64,000 nucleotides of DNA from Hyphomonadaceae bacterium (GCA_035995285.1 DASYKO010000118.1:21211-85210), one strand, 5' to 3'; counted from the first letter of the stretch, positions 9,740 through 19,452 are shown. Notes: generated by a model not told the origin, from the sequence alone. Program-made: numbers and translations.

Positions 9740-11473
9740 ATGGAAAAACTCAGCTCCGCTTCGCGCGAAGAACGCACCTTTGACGCCATCGTGGTCGGCA
9801 GCGGCATCAGCGGAGGCTGGGCGGCGAAGGAGCTGACCGAGAAGGGGCTCAAGACGCTGGTGCTCGAGCGCGGGCGCGATGTGAAGCACGGCAAGGACTA
9901 CAAGACATTCGGGATGAACCCATGGGACTTCCGCTATTACGGCGGGCGCACGCCGCAGGCGGAGATCGACAAGCATTATTTCAAGCAGGTGCGCACGGGC
10001 TACACGGTCAACGACGCGTGGAATCATTTCTTCGTCAAGGATGACGAGCATCCCTATACCGAGAAGAGCCGCTTCGACTGGATCCGCGGCTATCAGGTCG
10101 GTGGGCGGTCGCTCACCTGGGGACGGCAGAGCTATCGCCACAGCGATCTCGACTTCGAGGCGAACGCCAAGGAAGGCGTCGGCGCCGACTGGCCGATCCG
10201 CTATGCCGACATCGCGCCGTGGTACGACCATGTCGAAAAATGGATCGGGGTCAGCGGCCAGAATGAAGGCTTGCCGCATCTGCCGGACGGGCAGTTCCAG
10301 CCGCCGATGGAAATGAACGTCGTCGAGAAGTCGTTCAAGGGAAAGGTCGAACAGCGCTTCCCGGAACGCCGCATCACGATGGGCCGCACGGCTCACCTCA
10401 CCCAGCCGACGGATGAGCAGAAGAAGCTCGGCCGCGGGACATGCCAGGCGCGCAATTTGTGCATGCGAGGCTGTGCGTTCGGCGCGTATTTCTCCTCGAA
10501 CGGGGCGACGCTGATTGCGGCCGACCACACGGGCAACATGACGCTGCAGCCGAACTCGGTGGTCACGGAGATCATCTTCGATCCCAAGGCCAACAAGGCG
10601 ACAGGCGTGCGGGTGCGCGATGCCGAGACGAAGGAGGAGACGGAATACTACGCCAAGGTGATCTTCGTTTGCGCCTCTACGCTCAACTCCGCCCAGCTCA
10701 TGCTGATGTCGGCGAGCGACCGCTTCCCGAATGGCTTCGGGAATGACTCGGACCAGCTCGGCCGCAATGTGATGGACCACCATTTCCTCGTCGGCGCGCA
10801 GGCGGACATCGATGGGTATGACGATCGGTACTATGCCGGGCGCAGGCCGACGGGCATCTACATTCCGCGCTTCCGCAACCTGAGCGATCCCAAGACGAAG
10901 CAAAAGGATTTCACACGCGGCTATGGCTATCAGGGCGGCGCAAGCCGCACAGGCTGGCAGCGGCTCGTCGCCGAGATGGGCTTCGGCAAGGAGATGAAGG
11001 ACGAGATGGAGGAGGCGGGCAACTGGACGATGGGCATCACCGCCTTCGGCGAGATGCTGGCCAACCCGAACAACCGCGTGACGCTGAACAAGAATGTCAG
11101 GGATATTCACGATCTTCCGACGCTCACCATGGATGTGAAGATCGGGCAGAACGAGCTCAACATGCGCAAGGACATGCAGTCCTCGGCCGTCGAGATGATG
11201 GAAGCGGCCGGGTTCAAGAATGTGAAGGGCTTCGACCGCACCTACGCGCCCGGGCTTGGTATTCACGAGATGGGGACCGCCCGGATGGGCAGGGATCCCA
11301 AGACGTCCGTGCTGAACTCGTGGGCGGCGGTTCATGCCTGCAAGAACGTCTATGTGACGGATGGATCGTTCATGACGTCTGCAGCCTGCGTGAACCCGTC
11401 GCTGACCTACATGGCGATCACGGCGCGCGCGGCGGACCATGCCGTGACATCACTGAAGCGCGGCGAGATCTAG
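9740..11473 (+). CDS. GMC-family FAD-dependent oxidoreductase (no signal peptide of its own)
   Basis: N-terminal FDAIVVGSGISGGWAAKEL Rossmann motif and a C-terminal GMC motif (HEMGTARMG). Start moved to ATG 9740 (MEKLSS...), in frame with track ORF 9638..11473. Confidence 0.9.
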   Translation: MEKLSSASREERTFDAIVVGSGISGGWAAKELTEKGLKTLVLERGRDVKHGKDYKTFGMNPWDFRYYGGRTPQAEIDKHYFKQVRTGYTVNDAWNHFFVKDDEHPYTEKSRFDWIRGYQVGGRSLTWGRQSYRHSDLDFEANAKEGVGADWPIRYADIAPWYDHVEKWIGVSGQNEGLPHLPDGQFQPPMEMNVVEKSFKGKVEQRFPERRITMGRTAHLTQPTDEQKKLGRGTCQARNLCMRGCAFGAYFSSNGATLIAADHTGNMTLQPNSVVTEIIFDPKANKATGVRVRDAETKEETEYYAKVIFVCASTLNSAQLMLMSASDRFPNGFGNDSDQLGRNVMDHHFLVGAQADIDGYDDRYYAGRRPTGIYIPRFRNLSDPKTKQKDFTRGYGYQGGASRTGWQRLVAEMGFGKEMKDEMEEAGNWTMGITAFGEMLANPNNRVTLNKNVRDIHDLPTLTMDVKIGQNELNMRKDMQSSAVEMMEAAGFKNVKGFDRTYAPGLGIHEMGTARMGRDPKTSVLNSWAAVHACKNVYVTDGSFMTSAACVNPSLTYMAITARAADHAVTSLKRGEI

Positions 11474-11482
11474 GAGAACGCC

Positions 11483-12073
11483 ATGATGGATAGACGCGAA
11501 CTTCTCAATCGTGCAGCCCTGCTCCTCGGCGGAGCGCTTTCATCGGGAACGGTCGCCGGTGTTCTGGCCGGATGCGTGTCCACGCCGCAAGGCGACACAG
11601 CCGCTAAGACATTCCTCACCGCAGACGAGATGCGCATCGTGACCGCGATGTCCGAGCAGATCATTCCGCGCACGGACACGCCCGGGGCAATCGACGCCGG
11701 CGTGCCTTCCTATGTCGATCGGATGCTGGCGGGATATTACACGGACCGCGAGCGCGATATCTTCCGGCAAGGGATGCGGTCGGTGACGACCGATGCGGCG
11801 GAGCTTGCGGGAAAGCATTTCGTCGAGCTGTCTACCGAGCAGCAGGTCTCGCTGATGAAGGAGTATGACCGACTCGCCTACGACCAGAACCGCCGCGTCG
11901 CCGCCGATCCGAAACAACCGCCGCACTTCTTCCGGCTGGTGAAGGAGCTCACGATTGTCGGCTACTGCACATCCGAGCCCGGTGCGACGAAGTTCCTGAA
12001 ATATGCGGCAGTGCCTGGGCCGTATCGCGGAGACATTCCGTACGCCGAAATCGGCAAGGCGTGGCAAAGCTGA
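11483..12073 (+). CDS. Gluconate 2-dehydrogenase subunit 3-family protein with twin-arginine signal
   Basis: MMDRRELLNRAALLLGGALSSG is a Tat motif. Begins 9 nt after the GMC gene, with AGGAGAA upstream. This is the typical small partner of periplasmic GMC flavoproteins. Confidence 0.85.
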   Translation: MMDRRELLNRAALLLGGALSSGTVAGVLAGCVSTPQGDTAAKTFLTADEMRIVTAMSEQIIPRTDTPGAIDAGVPSYVDRMLAGYYTDRERDIFRQGMRSVTTDAAELAGKHFVELSTEQQVSLMKEYDRLAYDQNRRVAADPKQPPHFFRLVKELTIVGYCTSEPGATKFLKYAAVPGPYRGDIPYAEIGKAWQS

Positions 12074-12119
12074 TCGGCGCGACCTCGAACCGCAAGCAAG
12101 GTTGAGATCAGCGCCGATC
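12072..12119. terminator. Long hairpin between convergent genes (possible bidirectional terminator)
   Basis: GATCGGCGC (12072-12080) pairs with GCGCCGATC (12111-12119). An inner CTC(G)AACC/GGTTGAG stem is also present. No strong T-run. Confidence 0.4.
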
Positions 12120-12130
12120 GTAACGCTGGA

Positions 12131-12211
12131 TTACCAGTGGTGTGTGCACAGCCCGAGCAGAAGAATGAAGGGCAGCGGCACGCCGAGGAAGAACAACAGA
12201 ACCGAGCGCAT
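12131..12211 (-). CDS. 26-aa hydrophobic micro-ORF
   Basis: MRSVLLFFLGVPLPFILLLGLCTHHW*. The ATG lies 1 nt after the stop of the upstream 239-aa gene, with GGAGG 9 nt upstream. 22 of 26 codons end in G/C. Confidence 0.4.
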   Translation of the reverse strand: MRSVLLFFLGVPLPFILLLGLCTHHW

Positions 12212-12212
12212 G

Positions 12213-12932
12213 TCAGACGCCTCCCGGAGGTTTGGTGCCTGCGGGAGCTACATAAACGCCGCGCACGCGAGATGCGAACATTTCCCAACGAACATTCTTG
12301 TCGCGGTGATGCCCGCCTGAATGCGCGCCATAGAAGGCTGCAACGGCGCCCACGAGCAGCGATGCGGCCGAGATGAAGGCTGCGATGACTGACCATTTGC
12401 GAGCGAGTTCAGCACGCGCTTCCGTTGCGCTGGGATCATTGTCAGGGGCCTTGGCGCGTTCCTGCGCCGCTGATTGATCTGCGCCCCGCTCCACGACACG
12501 GCTGACGCTGGCGGAAATCTGGTCCTGCGGGGTGCGTGCAGCAGCTCCAAGGCCGCCGATGCCGACGAACGCAATTACGCCCGCGGCTAGAACGCCTACG
12601 GACCACGTCACCAGTCCATGCAATCCGTCGCGGACATCGACCTCATGCTCGCTTGCGCCCGGCGCGCGAGCGCGCAGACGTGCGGTCGCATAGCCGCCGA
12701 TGAAGAACGCCGTGACCTGGACCCAGAGGAGGTAGAGCCCAGCGGCGATTGCAAAGGCTGCCGGCTCCATTCCCTCTCCGTCATACGGCGAGGCGAAGCT
12801 GAGCCCGAGGGCTGCTCCGAATCCCAACAGGATCACACCTACTGCCGTGGCGATCGACGCCCCGGCGAACACTGCGCCCCACTCCACATTGGAGCGTGGA
12901 ACGCCCGGTTCTGGTCCCGCGACGACTTCCAT
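12213..12932 (-). CDS. Four-TM membrane protein of unknown function
   Basis: 239-aa ORF with four hydrophobic segments and a charged central loop (RGADQSAAQERAKAPDNDPSATEARAE). I recognise no family. Confidence 0.7.
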   Translation of the reverse strand: MEVVAGPEPGVPRSNVEWGAVFAGASIATAVGVILLGFGAALGLSFASPYDGEGMEPAAFAIAAGLYLLWVQVTAFFIGGYATARLRARAPGASEHEVDVRDGLHGLVTWSVGVLAAGVIAFVGIGGLGAAARTPQDQISASVSRVVERGADQSAAQERAKAPDNDPSATEARAELARKWSVIAAFISAASLLVGAVAAFYGAHSGGHHRDKNVRWEMFASRVRGVYVAPAGTKPPGGV

Positions 12933-13006
12933 CAGCGCAGACCCACAAACGAGAGCACTGCCAGGACCACGACGACAAGACCGACAATATAGATGACGTT
13001 GTTCAT
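12932..13006 (-). CDS. 24-aa hydrophobic micro-ORF
   Basis: MNNVIYIVGLVVVVLAVLSFVGLR*. GGAG lies 7 nt upstream. Its TGA shares one nucleotide with the ATG of the 239-aa gene (TGATG). Confidence 0.5.
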   Translation of the reverse strand: MNNVIYIVGLVVVVLAVLSFVGLR

Positions 13007-13028
13007 GTGCGACTCCGATCAGGGCCAG

Positions 13029-13053
13029 AACACCGGAGACGGAAAGAGGTTCC
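13029..13053 (-). promoter_or_regulatory. EcfG-type (general stress sigma) promoter-like motif
   Basis: The minus strand reads GGAAC-N16-TGTT, against the consensus GGAAC-N16/17-CGTT. It ends about 25 nt before the 24-aa ORF start. Confidence 0.3.
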
Positions 13054-13128
13054 GTGCAAACGTCTCTCAGTCGGCAGCCGGCCGGCGGCGGAGCGCTATG
13101 GCTGGCAACTTTTGCGCGGTTGGGCGTA

Positions 13129-13142
13129 ACGCTACGTAGCGT
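13129..13142. promoter_or_regulatory. 14-bp perfect palindrome ACGCTACGTAGCGT
   Basis: Read directly. Lies between the DUF1080 gene stop (13152) and the putative promoter at 13029-13053. Could be an operator or a weak terminator stem. Confidence 0.25.
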
Positions 13143-13151
13143 CAGGGCGCG

Positions 13152-13940
13152 TTAGCGCAGCTCCAGTATCTCGATCTTCCTGAACTCGATCGGATTGCCC
13201 TCGCTCTGCAGGCAGATCCAGCCGCCATCCATCATGAGCTTGCCGCCCGCCGCCTCCACGAGCGGCTTCGAGTTCGCCATGTTGCCTGTGGGATCAAGCT
13301 GGACCTGCGAATAACGGATCGTCTCGACGCCGTTGACCTTCTGGACCACCTCCCCGCCCGGATGCGCCTCGATCTCGAACGTCGCCCACACACCATTCGG
13401 CCCCGCAGGCGTTTTCGAGTTGATGCAGTGGGTGGTGATCAGCTTGCCGTCCATGACGACGTTCGTGCCCGGCGAGCATATGTTGCCGTTGAAGCGCTCC
13501 TGCCCCGGCGCCGGCCCCAGGATTTGGGCTTCGACCGAGACCGGGAAGCTATCCGCCACCGCCATGCTCTTCGGGTCCTGCGAGAAGATCATCACGCCCG
13601 AATTGGCGATGGCCCAGGCCGGTGTGTCTGACGGATGCGCCTCCAGAAAGCGGTACTCCATCCGGAAGCGGTAGGCTTTGAAAGGTGTCTTGTAGAACAG
13701 ATGGCCGAAGCGTTCGCCGAATGCGTCGTAGCCGTCATAGGAGACGACGATCGCGCCATCGCGCACCCTGAATGTATCCTTGTAGTTCTCCCCGAAAGGG
13801 AACCCGCGAATCTTCGGCGTCCAACCGTTCAGAGTCTTGCCGTCGAACAGCGGCCTCCATCCGCCTTCGCCGCTTTGCGGCAAACCTCTACACGATGCGC
13901 AAAGCGCGATGGCCGTAACGGCAACGAGAAGCGCCCTCAT
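13152..13940 (-). CDS. DUF1080 (3-keto-disaccharide hydrolase-like) lipoprotein
   Basis: Signal plus Cys (IALCASC). WRPLFDGKTLNGW near the N-terminus and a C-terminal IEFRKIEILEL are hallmarks of the DUF1080 jelly-roll family. Confidence 0.85.
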   Translation of the reverse strand: MRALLVAVTAIALCASCRGLPQSGEGGWRPLFDGKTLNGWTPKIRGFPFGENYKDTFRVRDGAIVVSYDGYDAFGERFGHLFYKTPFKAYRFRMEYRFLEAHPSDTPAWAIANSGVMIFSQDPKSMAVADSFPVSVEAQILGPAPGQERFNGNICSPGTNVVMDGKLITTHCINSKTPAGPNGVWATFEIEAHPGGEVVQKVNGVETIRYSQVQLDPTGNMANSKPLVEAAGGKLMMDGGWICLQSEGNPIEFRKIEILELR

Positions 13941-14062
13941 GCAACCCTCCCGGCGGGCCTCACGCCCGTGGACAGGCCGGATGAGCCGGTCCAGACTTCA
14001 ATCCTAGACCACGCGCACACCGCTGGCGAGCAGACCAGCCACGCGCCCAGGGAGAGCATTCA

Positions 14063-15277
14063 GTGATTCAGGTTCGCCTCTTTCTAATGATGATGCTGCA
14101 GCTCGCCATCTGGGGAGCGTGGGCGGCAAAGCTGTTTCCCTACATGGGCCAGCTGGGCTTCGAGCCGTGGCAGAAATCACTTGTCGGCAGCGCCTGGGGC
14201 ATCTCCGCGATCCTGGGCATCTTCTTCTCCAACCAGTTCGCCGACCGCAACTTCTCCGCCGAGCGCTTTCTCGCCGTGAGCAACGTCATCGGCGGCATCG
14301 CGCTACTGGCCTGCGCATTCCTTACGGACTTCTGGCCCTTCTTCGGCGCCTATCTGCTCTTCAGCGTCGTCTACGTGCCGTCGATGTCCGTCTCCAACGC
14401 ACTTGCGTTCGCGAGCCTGCGCGATCCCGCCAAGCAGTTCGGCACGATCCGCATGGGCGGCACCGTCGGCTGGATTCTCGTGAGCTGGCCCTTCGTCTTC
14501 CTGCTCAGCAAGGACGCCGGGCCGGACCAGGTCCGCCTGATCTTCGTGGTCGCCGCCGTCGTGTCGTTCGCGCTCGCGGCCTACAGTCTCACGCTGCCGC
14601 ATACGCCGCCGAAGAAAGATGCAGCCGGCGCCGATCCGCTGGCCTGGCGCGAGGCGATCAAGGTATTGGGCATCCCCTCCATCGCCGTGCTTTTCCTTGT
14701 CACCTTCATCGATAGCGTTGTGCACAACGGCTATTTCATGATGTCGGACGACTATCTGACCAAGCGCGTTGGCGTTGACGCCAACCTTTCCATGATCGTG
14801 CTCTCGATTGGCCAGGTCGCCGAGATCCTGACGATGTTTATCCTCGGCAGCGTGCTGGCGAAGCTCGGATGGAAAGCCACGATGATCGTTGGCATCCTCG
14901 GTCACGCAGCGCGGTTCACGGTCTTTGCCTTCTTCGCGGACAGCGTGCAGACGATTGTCGCCGTGCAGATGCTTCACGGTATCTGCTACGCGTTCTTCTT
15001 CGCGACCGTGTACATCTTTGTCGACGCCGCCTTCCCGAAGGATGTGCGCTCGAGCGCTCAGGGGCTGTTCAACCTTCTGATCCTTGGCGTGGGAAACGTT
15101 GTGGCCAGCTTCCTCTTCCCGCCGCTGATCGCGCAGTGGACAGATCCAGCTACAGGCGCTGTCGACTATCGCACGCTGTTCATGGTTCCCGCCGGCATGG
15201 CGGTCGTCGCCATCCTGCTGCTGGCGTTGTTCTTCAAGCCGGCGACACGAGCGCCGACTGCCGTTGCAGCCGCTTGA
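14063..15277 (+). CDS. MFS transporter, nucleoside:H+ symporter (NHS)-like
   Basis: 404 aa, 12 TM. The N-terminus RLFLMMMLQLAIWGAWAAKLFPYM is typical of the NHS subfamily. GTG start with GGGAGAG upstream. Confidence 0.85.
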   Translation: MIQVRLFLMMMLQLAIWGAWAAKLFPYMGQLGFEPWQKSLVGSAWGISAILGIFFSNQFADRNFSAERFLAVSNVIGGIALLACAFLTDFWPFFGAYLLFSVVYVPSMSVSNALAFASLRDPAKQFGTIRMGGTVGWILVSWPFVFLLSKDAGPDQVRLIFVVAAVVSFALAAYSLTLPHTPPKKDAAGADPLAWREAIKVLGIPSIAVLFLVTFIDSVVHNGYFMMSDDYLTKRVGVDANLSMIVLSIGQVAEILTMFILGSVLAKLGWKATMIVGILGHAARFTVFAFFADSVQTIVAVQMLHGICYAFFFATVYIFVDAAFPKDVRSSAQGLFNLLILGVGNVVASFLFPPLIAQWTDPATGAVDYRTLFMVPAGMAVVAILLLALFFKPATRAPTAVAAA

Positions 15278-15344
15278 TCCTGTTCTTCCGCTCTCGCTCC
15301 GGCTATACGGGCGGTTACAAGTCTGACCAACTCTGGAGGATGCC

Positions 15345-16301
15345 ATGATCACGCTGTCACGCCGCCGGATGATGCAGGGCCTTTGCGCTACCGGCGCGAT
15401 CGGTTCTGTTGCAGCATGCCAATCTCCCATGGGTACTGCGATGAACAGCGACCAGCCCTTCTTCCAGCGCCACAACCTGCCGATCGGCATCCAAGTCTAC
15501 ACGCTCGGCGACCTGCCGAGGAAAGATCTCGACGGCACGATGAAGCAGGTGTCCGGCATCGGCTACAAGACGGTCGAGCTGGCAGGCTATCTCGGCAAGA
15601 CGCCGCAGCAGCTGCGCGCGGCATTCGATGCTGCGGGCCTCAAATGCACCAGCGCCCACATCGGCCTCGCCAAGGGCACGGCTGAAGAGCCCAAGCTGTT
15701 CGACGATATCGGCCGCGTCGCCGCAGACATGCGCGTCCTCGGCTGTACGCAGGTCATCGCCCCAGCCCTCGCGCGGCCCGACGACCTCAAAGCGGCCAGC
15801 TATGGTGACCTCGCAAAGGGCATGACCGCGGATCACTGGAAGCGCCAGGCAGCCCAGCTCAACGACATCGGCAAGAAGTTCAAGGCCGAGGGCATCGTGT
15901 TCGGCTATCACAACCACAACATGGAATTCTATCCGGTCGCGGGTTCCACGGGCCTCGAGATCATGATGGCTAACTCCGACCAACAATATGTCACCTGGGA
16001 ACTGGATATAGGCTGGGCGGCGGCCGGGGGCGTCGATCCCGTAGCGTTCTTCAACAAGCACTCCGGTCGCTTTGCCGCCGCCCACATCAAGGACGTGAAG
16101 GCCTCGACCGTCACCAACTACGAAGTGAAGATGGACCCAACCGAGGTCGGTTCCGGCAAGCTCGACTGGAAGGCGATCATGCCTGCCGCCTACAAGGCCG
16201 GCGTCCGCAAATTCTACGTCGAGCAGGAGGCGCCCTTCGCCTTCGAACGCCTCGAATCCGCGCGGATCTGCTATCAATACCTCAACGCGCTGAAGGCTTG
16301 A
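15345..16301 (+). CDS. Tat-exported xylose-isomerase-like TIM-barrel protein (sugar phosphate isomerase/epimerase family)
   Basis: MITLSRRRMMQGLCATGAIGSVAAC is a twin-arginine signal with a lipobox-like Cys. TIM-barrel motifs present (YKTVELAGY, GYHNHNMEF, HIKD). Confidence 0.85.
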   Translation: MITLSRRRMMQGLCATGAIGSVAACQSPMGTAMNSDQPFFQRHNLPIGIQVYTLGDLPRKDLDGTMKQVSGIGYKTVELAGYLGKTPQQLRAAFDAAGLKCTSAHIGLAKGTAEEPKLFDDIGRVAADMRVLGCTQVIAPALARPDDLKAASYGDLAKGMTADHWKRQAAQLNDIGKKFKAEGIVFGYHNHNMEFYPVAGSTGLEIMMANSDQQYVTWELDIGWAAAGGVDPVAFFNKHSGRFAAAHIKDVKASTVTNYEVKMDPTEVGSGKLDWKAIMPAAYKAGVRKFYVEQEAPFAFERLESARICYQYLNALKA

Positions 16302-16312
16302 GGACGTAAATC

Positions 16313-17386
16313 ATGAAGACGATGAAAGGCCCGGGCATCTTCCTCGCCCAGTTCGTGGGGCCGAATGCGCCGTTCAACTCCCTGCCCGCGATTGCGAAAT
16401 GGGCGAAGGAAATGGGGTTTGTCGGCGTGCAGATGCCGACGACGGAGCCCAGCCTGTTCAATCTCAAGCAGGCCGCAGAGAGCGACGCCTATTGCGACGA
16501 GATCAAGGGCATCCTCAAGGACGCCGGCGTCGTGATCACTGAGTTGTCGACGCATTTGCAGGGACAGCTGGTGGCTGTTCATCCGGCGTATGACTCCCTG
16601 TTCGACGGCTTCGCTCCAGAGCGCGTGCGCGGCAATCCGCAGGCGCGGCAGGAATGGGCGGTGAACCAGGTCTTGTTGGCGGCGAAAGCTTCGCGGCGGC
16701 TGGGGTTGGATGCGAGCGTGACGTTCTCGGGTGCGCTGGCGTGGCCCTATCTCTATCCGTGGCCGCAAAGGCCTGCGGGCCTGATCGAGACCGCGTTCGG
16801 TGAGCTGGCGAAGCGGTGGAAGCCGATCCTCGATGCCTATGAGGAGGCAGGCGTCGATCTCTGCTACGAGATCCATCCGGGCGAGGACCTGTTCGATGGG
16901 ACGACGTTCGAGATGTTTCTCGACCGCGTGAAAGGCCACAAGCGCGCGAACATCCTGTTCGACCCGAGCCACTTCGTGCTGCAGCAGCTCGACTATCTCG
17001 AATACATCGATCTCTACCACGAGCGGATCAAGATGTTCCACGTCAAGGACGCGGAGTTCAATCCGACCGGGCGGCAGGGCGTCTATTCCGGCTATGCGCC
17101 TTGGCTTGAGCGCGCGGGGCGTTTCCGTTCGGTCGGGGATGGGCAGGTGGATTTCAAAGGCATCTTCTCCAAGCTCGCTGGTTATGACTATGAAGGCTGG
17201 GCCGTGCTGGAGTGGGAGTGCTGCATCAAGCATCCCGAGGATGGCGCGCGCGAGGGCGCGGAGTTCATCCGCAACAACATCATCCGCGTGACCGATCGGG
17301 CGTTCGACGATTTTGCCTCTTCGGGTACGGATGAGAAAGCCAACCGACGCTTGCTGGGGCTCGACCCCAAAGAGCCCAGGCAATGA
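16313..17386 (+). CDS. Cytoplasmic xylose-isomerase-like TIM-barrel protein (sugar phosphate isomerase/epimerase family)
   Basis: 357 aa with no signal peptide. YEIHPGEDL and FHVKD motifs. Overlaps the downstream oxidoreductase gene by 4 nt (ATGA). Confidence 0.88.
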   Translation: MKTMKGPGIFLAQFVGPNAPFNSLPAIAKWAKEMGFVGVQMPTTEPSLFNLKQAAESDAYCDEIKGILKDAGVVITELSTHLQGQLVAVHPAYDSLFDGFAPERVRGNPQARQEWAVNQVLLAAKASRRLGLDASVTFSGALAWPYLYPWPQRPAGLIETAFGELAKRWKPILDAYEEAGVDLCYEIHPGEDLFDGTTFEMFLDRVKGHKRANILFDPSHFVLQQLDYLEYIDLYHERIKMFHVKDAEFNPTGRQGVYSGYAPWLERAGRFRSVGDGQVDFKGIFSKLAGYDYEGWAVLEWECCIKHPEDGAREGAEFIRNNIIRVTDRAFDDFASSGTDEKANRRLLGLDPKEPRQ

Positions 17387-18516
17387 GGCGGCTGCGCCTC
17401 GGCATGGTGGGCGGCGGGACAGGCGCCTTCATCGGCGGCGTGCACCGCATGGCGGCTCGTATCGATGATCAGTGGAAGCTGGTTGCGGGGGCTTTCCAGT
17501 CTGACGCCGCCAAGTCTGTCGCGTTCGGCAGGTCGCTCGGCCTCGATGACGCGCGCTGCTATGGCGATTACAGCGCGATGGCCTTGAGCGAGCAAGCGCG
17601 TGCGGATCGGATCGACGCTGTCGCTATCGTGACGCCGAATTCCACCCATGCGCCCGTCGCCCTCACCTTCCTGGCGGCGGGCATTCCGGTGATCTGCGAC
17701 AAGCCGCTGACGGTGAACCGCAAGGAAGCGCTGGTGCTGTCCGAAGCAGTGGCGCAGGCGGGTGTGCCGTTCGTGCTGACGCACAACTATTCCGGCTACC
17801 CCATGGTGCGGCAGGCGCGGGCGATGGTGGAGGCGGGGGAGCTGGGCGAGATCCGCGTGGTGCACGCGGAGTATGCGCAGGACTGGCTGGCGAGCGATCA
17901 GTCGGGCAACAAGCAGGCGGATTGGCGGGGCGACCCCTCACGCGCAGGGCCCGGCGGGGCGCTGGGCGATATTGCGACGCATGCGTTCCAGCTGGTGGAG
18001 TTCGTGGCGGGGCTGGTGGTGAAGAGCGTGGCGGCGGACGTGGCGACGTTCGTGGCGGGGAGGAAGGTGGACGACAACGTGAACGTGATGCTCCGCTTCG
18101 GCGGGACAGCCCGCGGGATGCTGTGGGCCAGCCAGGTGGCGACAGGCGCGGTGAACGGCCTGAAGCTGCGCGTGTACGGCGCCAAAGGCGGGATCGAGTG
18201 GGCGCAGGAGACGCCCGAGACGCTGCAGTTCACGCCGCTGGGCGAGGCGCCGAGGATGTATCGCCGCGGCGGGCCGGGGCTTGCGGCGTCGGCGCAAGTG
18301 GCGCGCGCGCCCGCCGGGCATCCGGAGGGTTATCTTGAGGGCTTTGCGCAGATCTATTCGGATGCGGCCGAGTTGATCCGGGCGTATCAGGAGAAACGCG
18401 AGCCTAGGGGGTTTGCGAAGCTGGCGCCGGGGATCGAGGACGGTGTTCGTGGCGTGAAGTTCATCGAGGCGGCGTTGCAGTCGTCGGGAAACAATGGTGC
18501 GTGGACCCCGGTCTGA
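17383..18516 (+). CDS. Gfo/Idh/MocA-family NAD(P)-dependent oxidoreductase
   Basis: N-terminal LRLGMVGGGTGAFIGGVHR Rossmann motif. Typical CDKPL and THNYSGYP motifs. Confidence 0.9.
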   Translation: MRRLRLGMVGGGTGAFIGGVHRMAARIDDQWKLVAGAFQSDAAKSVAFGRSLGLDDARCYGDYSAMALSEQARADRIDAVAIVTPNSTHAPVALTFLAAGIPVICDKPLTVNRKEALVLSEAVAQAGVPFVLTHNYSGYPMVRQARAMVEAGELGEIRVVHAEYAQDWLASDQSGNKQADWRGDPSRAGPGGALGDIATHAFQLVEFVAGLVVKSVAADVATFVAGRKVDDNVNVMLRFGGTARGMLWASQVATGAVNGLKLRVYGAKGGIEWAQETPETLQFTPLGEAPRMYRRGGPGLAASAQVARAPAGHPEGYLEGFAQIYSDAAELIRAYQEKREPRGFAKLAPGIEDGVRGVKFIEAALQSSGNNGAWTPV

Positions 18517-18552
18517 AGATTGGGACTGACGCGCGGTAGAGGAGAAACGGGT

Positions 18553-19317
18553 ATGGCTCGCATTTCGAAGATTGGTGTTGCGGTTGTCACGCTGGCGTTT
18601 GCGGCGTGCAGCCCCGCCGCCCCGCCTGCAGAGCAAGCTGCTGCTCCCGCCGTTGCTCCGGCGCCGGCGCTTGAACCATCTGGCCCTAACACGCTGACGT
18701 CCGCAGAGCAGGCTGCGGGCTGGCAGCTGCTCTTCAACGGCAAGGATCTCACGGGCTGGAAGGGTTACAAGAAAGATGCGCCGGGCGCGGCGTGGGTTGT
18801 AGAGGATGGGACGCTCGCTCTCACCGCGGGCGGCACCGGAGACCTGATGACGGCGGCGGAGTATGGGCCGTTCGAGATGTCGCTGGAGTGGAAGATTTCG
18901 CCGAAGGGGAATAGCGGCGTGATCTATCTGATCCATGAGGAGCCGGACTCGGTGAACACCTACAACACCGGGCCGGAGATGCAGGTGCTGGACAATGACG
19001 GGCATGCGGATGGGAAGATTCCCTCGCACCGTGCCGGCGCGCTCTACGACATCGAGACGCCGCCGGATGGCGTGGTGAAGCCGGTGGGCGAGTGGAACGA
19101 GGCGCGCATCGTGTTCACGGGCTCGAAGATCGAGCATTGGCTCAACGGGCAGAAAGTGTCCGAGTCTTCCTATGGCGACGAGGCGTGGAAGAAGAAGGTC
19201 GCCGCCTCGAAGTTCAAGCAATGGAAGGGCTTCGGCACGTACCCGGGCGGCCACATCGCGCTGCAGGACCATGGCGACAAGGTCTGGTATCGGAATATCA
19301 AGATCAAGAAGCTGTAG
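18553..19317 (+). CDS. DUF1080 (3-keto-disaccharide hydrolase-like) lipoprotein
   Basis: Start moved to ATG 18553 (MARISKIGVAVVTLAFAAC...), which has GGAGAAA upstream. Ala/Pro linker, then WQLLFNGKDLTGWKGY and a C-terminal VWYRNIKIKKL. Confidence 0.85.
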   Translation: MARISKIGVAVVTLAFAACSPAAPPAEQAAAPAVAPAPALEPSGPNTLTSAEQAAGWQLLFNGKDLTGWKGYKKDAPGAAWVVEDGTLALTAGGTGDLMTAAEYGPFEMSLEWKISPKGNSGVIYLIHEEPDSVNTYNTGPEMQVLDNDGHADGKIPSHRAGALYDIETPPDGVVKPVGEWNEARIVFTGSKIEHWLNGQKVSESSYGDEAWKKKVAASKFKQWKGFGTYPGGHIALQDHGDKVWYRNIKIKKL

Positions 19318-19452
19318 CCTCTGGCAGAGGTTCTCGGCTTCATTTCAAACATCGATCGCGGTCTCTCATTCAGGCCAGCTGGAGCTGCCTGGGATGCCTC
19401 CCGCTTTTCCCTCTCGGGCCGCAGCGGGTCGGTGGCCTCCTTAAGGAGGGCC

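Noticed and set aside
9635-19272. Long antisense ORFs inside the sugar locus (9635..11440 minus, 14303..15490 minus, 15357..16277 minus, 16274..17383 minus, 17938..19272 minus)
   Set aside because: Each lies opposite a gene with clear family motifs (GMC, MFS, TIM barrels, Gfo/Idh/MocA, DUF1080). Each has the R/H/D/G-rich composition of non-coding frames.
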